A stretch of DNA of 64,000 bases from sequence record MN871441.1; one strand, given 5' to 3'. The notes below the pieces were generated by a model, which made no database searches, was not told where the DNA came from, and was given only the letters and a program-made list of their open reading frames with translations. Positions 60,252 to 64,000 of the stretch are shown here, one piece after another (position 1 is the stretch's first letter; each line of letters starts with the position of its first letter). The position numbers and the translations under genes are program-made.

Positions 60252-60760
60252 TTTATACTCTCTACAAAATTAGCTGGAATTTCTTTGATCTCAAATTCAT
60301 CATGAATGAACCAAACATCAATACTTTCTACAACACGAATAAAATCACCGTCATAATAGGTTGCTTCATGAGTGATATTTTTCTTGATAGTTTCTAGGAT
60401 AGTTACCCAATTAGGAACACCCTCTTCTTCATCAATCACATTGCAATCGATATCAAGAAAGCGCTTGAACTGGTTAGCCATATGCGGATTTTCTTCGAGT
60501 TTATCAAACAACTCAAAAACTAATGCATCTGTGTAAGGATCATTACCATAACCCGGCTCTTTCCAATCATTTGCGCTGTTAAAAAACGGAGCAATAACAC
60601 GGAAGAAATCGACATCATCGCGAGTCAGACCAGTATGGTAAATGGTATGGTAATAATCACCGTCGTTTTCCCAACTAGTGATCCCTACAATGTAACCACG
60701 GGGGATAACAGTCCCGATTGGGAGTTCTAATTTTTTCATTTTAAAATTTCCGATTGTCAA
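60248..60760 (-). CDS. Conserved phage hypothetical protein
   Basis: IPRGYIVGITSWENDGDYY motif. Confidence 0.75.
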   Translation of the reverse strand: MTIGNFKMKKLELPIGTVIPRGYIVGITSWENDGDYYHTIYHTGLTRDDVDFFRVIAPFFNSANDWKEPGYGNDPYTDALVFELFDKLEENPHMANQFKRFLDIDCNVIDEEEGVPNWVTILETIKKNITHEATYYDGDFIRVVESIDVWFIHDEFEIKEIPANFVESIK

Positions 60761-60998
60761 TTTTTGCTATTACCATACCGCACATATCTAGGTCTGCTAG
60801 GTCGTCGTTAAGGGTTGAACAATCACTATCAATCCAAGTGTCGATCTGTTCTTCTTCCACATCAACAACCACACAAACGGCATGATGAGATTTTACCATC
60901 ATATCCATAACCTCAATACGAGTAGGGGTACATTCTGTAATTTCCACCACATTCATATCATCATCAAAACCAATAAATACAATCATAAAGTCCCTCAA
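60741..60998 (-). CDS. Hypothetical acidic protein
   Basis: 85 aa ORF. Confidence 0.6.
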   Translation of the reverse strand: MRDFMIVFIGFDDDMNVVEITECTPTRIEVMDMMVKSHHAVCVVVDVEEEQIDTWIDSDCSTLNDDLADLDMCGMVIAKIDNRKF

Positions 60999-61456
60999 TC
61001 ATTAATTTTTAGATACAAACCATCTTGAAGTAAATCAAGAACCGTGTCAACTACTTCACGCTGTACATCCTCAACAGAACCCCTCAGAAAGCCTTTCCAA
61101 CCATCTTGACCAACCGTACCCATACTGATATCAATTGACCATGTGTCGTTGTTAAATCGCGTTATAGACACGTTGTGGTTATCCATATGGAAAGGACGAT
61201 ATACGTAGTTCACGTAATACGTTTCTTTTGACGAATTAGTGTCTTTTACCCATTCAGGATCCTTGGAGAAGTGGATTGCAGCACGAACAGATTCCTTATG
61301 ACATCCCTTCTCAAACTCTTCCTGTTCACCCCAAGAATCCATAGCTGATTCGATTTCTGATTCAATCATATCATCAACTCGACGCGCTAGTTCCGGGGAG
61401 ATCTCATCGATTATCCTAACCAGTTCATCCACTTTTAGATTGTGTTGAATATACAT
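60995..61456 (-). CDS. Hypothetical protein
   Basis: 153 aa, AAGGA RBS. Confidence 0.7.
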   Translation of the reverse strand: MYIQHNLKVDELVRIIDEISPELARRVDDMIESEIESAMDSWGEQEEFEKGCHKESVRAAIHFSKDPEWVKDTNSSKETYYVNYVYRPFHMDNHNVSITRFNNDTWSIDISMGTVGQDGWKGFLRGSVEDVQREVVDTVLDLLQDGLYLKIND

Positions 61457-61465
61457 ACCAAATCC

Positions 61466-61672
61466 TTATTTTGATGGAGTTCCGAAATCGAATTGCTCAT
61501 CTTGTTGTTTCTTTTGTTCGTATTTTTTCCCAACACCAACACCAACAATAGTGATTGCAACGATGATCATGAACCATTCGATACCATAAGCAGGAACCCA
61601 ATAATAAATGGAGTTCAGAGAGGCGAACAGAAAAGAGGCTAACATATGACAGTAACGAATAATGAAATCCAT
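61466..61672 (-). CDS. Small membrane protein
   Basis: Two hydrophobic segments. Confidence 0.65.
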   Translation of the reverse strand: MDFIIRYCHMLASFLFASLNSIYYWVPAYGIEWFMIIVAITIVGVGVGKKYEQKKQQDEQFDFGTPSK

Positions 61673-61674
61673 AA

Positions 61675-61962
61675 TTATTCCTCGATTACAAAATATTTTA
61701 CATCAGTCCATCCCTCAAAATAAAGAGAATCGGTAATATCATGTTCCCATGTGTCATATTCATTTTCATATTCAAAAATACGACCGTTTCCGTCTGCATA
61801 AAAAGATTCACCAAACGGGAACGGGGTTTCTTGAAAATTACTTATGCCAGTGACAACAAAGTAACCTTTTTCCGGGATACCATCAACTTGAACAAGTTTC
61901 ATTTTAACCTCAAAATAAGTGTGTAAGGGTTTGAGACTGCTTTGGGGTCTCGACATAATCAA
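61675..61962 (-). CDS. Hypothetical protein
   Basis: Probable start MKLVQVDG. Confidence 0.6.
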   Translation of the reverse strand: MIMSRPQSSLKPLHTYFEVKMKLVQVDGIPEKGYFVVTGISNFQETPFPFGESFYADGNGRIFEYENEYDTWEHDITDSLYFEGWTDVKYFVIEE

Positions 61963-62179
61963 TATACTTTTTGTTTAGGTCTTTGTCAAACACCAAAATC
62001 TGCCCATTGATACTATCATGTTGGGAGATCATCGACCTCCCATACTTCAACAGAGCCTCGTTGTGATTATCTGTGATAATATCCTGATAGTCAATCCAAA
62101 ATCCAGTATTTCTATCTTTGAACCTTGAATGTCGATAGTTTGACATTAAGAAAAATCTAAGTTCTTCCTTCGAACACAT
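61910..62179 (-). CDS. Hypothetical protein
   Basis: 89 aa ORF. Confidence 0.55.
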   Translation of the reverse strand: MCSKEELRFFLMSNYRHSRFKDRNTGFWIDYQDIITDNHNEALLKYGRSMISQHDSINGQILVFDKDLNKKYIDYVETPKQSQTLTHLF

Positions 62180-62478
62180 TAGATGTAATCCTTTACCAAT
62201 CGACGCATCATACCCTTTGCCTCTTCGAGTTGAGAGTTGAGGAAAATTACTTTGTTTTCTGCAATCGCTTTCTCTTTGATGATATTATCGATTGTATCTT
62301 TGATGTACTCAAACTCGGATTTACTTTGATGAGGTATGGTAATGGTTTCGGTTGAAACATTTCTGGGTTTCGTGGACTTCGGTTTTTTAACCTTATCCCC
62401 AATATCCTGATTCAAAATAATACTAATATGTGGTTGTTNACNATAGAGTGNNTANATACCACANTANNTGACNANCAA
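62179..62478 (-). CDS. Hypothetical protein
   Basis: 99 aa; start in Ns. Confidence 0.5.
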   Translation of the reverse strand: MXVXXCGXXXLYXXQPHISIILNQDIGDKVKKPKSTKPRNVSTETITIPHQSKSEFEYIKDTIDNIIKEKAIAENKVIFLNSQLEEAKGMMRRLVKDYI

Positions 62479-62520
62479 NTCANATCTANGAATTTTNNAN
62501 ATGANCANTTANNNTNNCCA

Positions 62521-63880
62521 TCANANGGATAGAAACGNNNCNTTNNNNAATACNNNTTGNNNNACTANNNANTTTTNTANCTCATCNNTNNNTTNNTAAC
62601 NAAGATTTTCNATTTNNGTACCAATNCCAGATNCANNCTNGTNNNGNTAGAGCTNAATNTNNACCANATATNNTTNNCNANNANANCAAATCTTNANTNT
62701 GNNNNTNATACAANTCNNANTCTGNNCNTGNATANCCATCGTNACNAANNNATNNTTTNNTGANACGACTAGTANTCCGTTCCCNNCGTGCTNGTTNNNC
62801 TNCGNTGCGTAATNCTNNNTTNCGNNCTNCNNANNTTNATNCCTCNTNNANAGGAAATTCATAACTNNNCAANNNNNNNCTCCANANCAATCTNNTNTNG
62901 TNGANNTNNATNNNNNNNGATATCNTTCNNCNTTANANNANNNNTNANTGNNNNNGNNNNANNNNNNNNNNNCNNNNNNNNNATNNNCNNNGTNNNNNNN
63001 ANNNNNNTTNNNGNNNACANNNNNNNCNCNNNTTNNNNNNTNNNCGNTNNNANNNNNNANTGCGGTCTCCAAAGATTCACCCTNTTNNNNNNNANANNNA
63101 NNNNNNNNTNNNNANNNNNNNTTNNNTTCNNGNNNNNNNNNNCANNTNNNNNNNTCNNNNNNTNNNNNNNNNNNNTNANNNATNNANNNANANNNNNNNT
63201 NNGNNNATNNNTCTNNGNNNNNNNATNNNNNANNNCNNNNNNNNNNNNNNNNNTNTCNNNANNNNNANNNNTCNNNNNNTTNGTNNCCNNNNTTNNNGGN
63301 TNNANNNNNANNANCNANNNNANNNTNNNCNTNTACANNNNNAAANNNANNACCNNNNTNNNNNTNANAGANNTCNNNANCNNNNNNNNNNNNNNNNTNN
63401 ANNNNGNNTTCANNNNNNTTNNGNNTTNGNNNNANNANNNNNNNANNNNTNNNTNNNTNNNNNNNNNNNNNNNNTNNTNNNNNNNNTTNNNTNNNAGTNN
63501 TCNTNNNNNNNNNNTTNTNNNNNTNCNNNNNNANNNTNANNNACTNNNGNNATNNCNNNNNCTNNNNNNNNNNNTNTNNNNNGNNNNNNNNNNNNNNNNN
63601 NGNCNNNTNNNNNNNCNNNNTNANNNNNNNNANNGNNNNNNANNNNNGNNGNNNNTNNNNNNGNTNGGATGNNNNNNNNNGNNGNANNNANNNANNNNTN
63701 NNTNCNANCTNCNNNNNNAANCANNNNANCNNNNTNNNCNTCANANNNNNCNNNANNNNNANCNNNNNNANNANANANNTNNNANNNNGTTTGATTGCGG
63801 ATTTGTTCCAGAAGGTCAATATGGATACTTGCATTGTCTTTCGATTTAAATTCTTCGTAAACTTCTTTGATAGTCTTCAT
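62521..63880 (-). CDS. Unresolved coding region (mostly Ns)
   Basis: AAGGA RBS and start MKTIKEVYEEFK at 63880; the rest is unreadable. Confidence 0.4.
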
Positions 63881-63898
63881 AATATTTCCTTTGTTAAG

Positions 63899-63937
63899 TT
63901 ACGGGAGTATTATCACACACTCCCGTTATGTCGTCAA
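63899..63937 (-). promoter_or_regulatory. Early promoter with an inverted repeat spanning the -10 box
   Basis: TTGACG-N17-GATAAT; ACGGGAGT/ACTCCCGT arms flank the -10. Confidence 0.65.
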
Positions 63938-64000
63938 CTCAATCGTGCATTTTAGGACGCTGGATTACGGTCTGGTTGACCCCTTTATATTCTTCATGAG

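Noticed and set aside
62521-63880. Possible rIIB by synteny
   Set aside because: Readable fragments show no rIIB motifs; too many Ns to assign

Overview
This is a 64-kb segment of a T4-like myophage (Straboviridae type, AT-rich). AsiA is present without an adjacent MotA, gene 25 lies next to gene 6, and 54-26-51-29 lie between genes 2 and 3. That arrangement resembles the Aeromonas/Vibrio T4-like lineages (inference). Bases 1-21.7 kb hold the baseplate/tail module: 8, 7, 6, 25, 5.4, 5.1, 5, a 27-like hub, 53 and 48 on the minus strand, then 4, a probable homing endonuclease, 2, 54, 26, a 51-like ORF, 29, 3, 1 and 57A on the plus strand. Bases 21.9-33.3 kb (plus strand) are accessory: a J-domain protein, 10 tRNAs interleaved with several long structured non-coding segments, a ferritin-like protein, a P-loop kinase, Hoc, a ParB-like protein and tk. 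Bases 33.3-64 kb (minus strand) hold an endolysin, an extra ~1300-aa tail fibre, spanins, a macrodomain, a Mom-like protein, an Arr-like ADP-ribosyltransferase, asiA, 52, ndd, YqeY, a GNAT protein, a DNA methylase and many small early ORFs. The sequence looks like a low-quality or multi-genome consensus (Ns, often at wobble positions; a poly-A run; a local mis-join), so most frameshifts are treated as artefacts. The main leads are: (1) a probable -1 programmed frameshift joining gp26 to a start-less gp51-type tail just upstream of the tape-measure gene; (2) large, highly folded ncRNA candidates in the tRNA cluster; (3) a two-copy palindromic origin-like element whose GC-rich module is inverted between copies; (4) a Mom-type DNA modifier; (5) candidate capsid-packaged enzymes. 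All family assignments come from motif recognition by eye; no searches were run.
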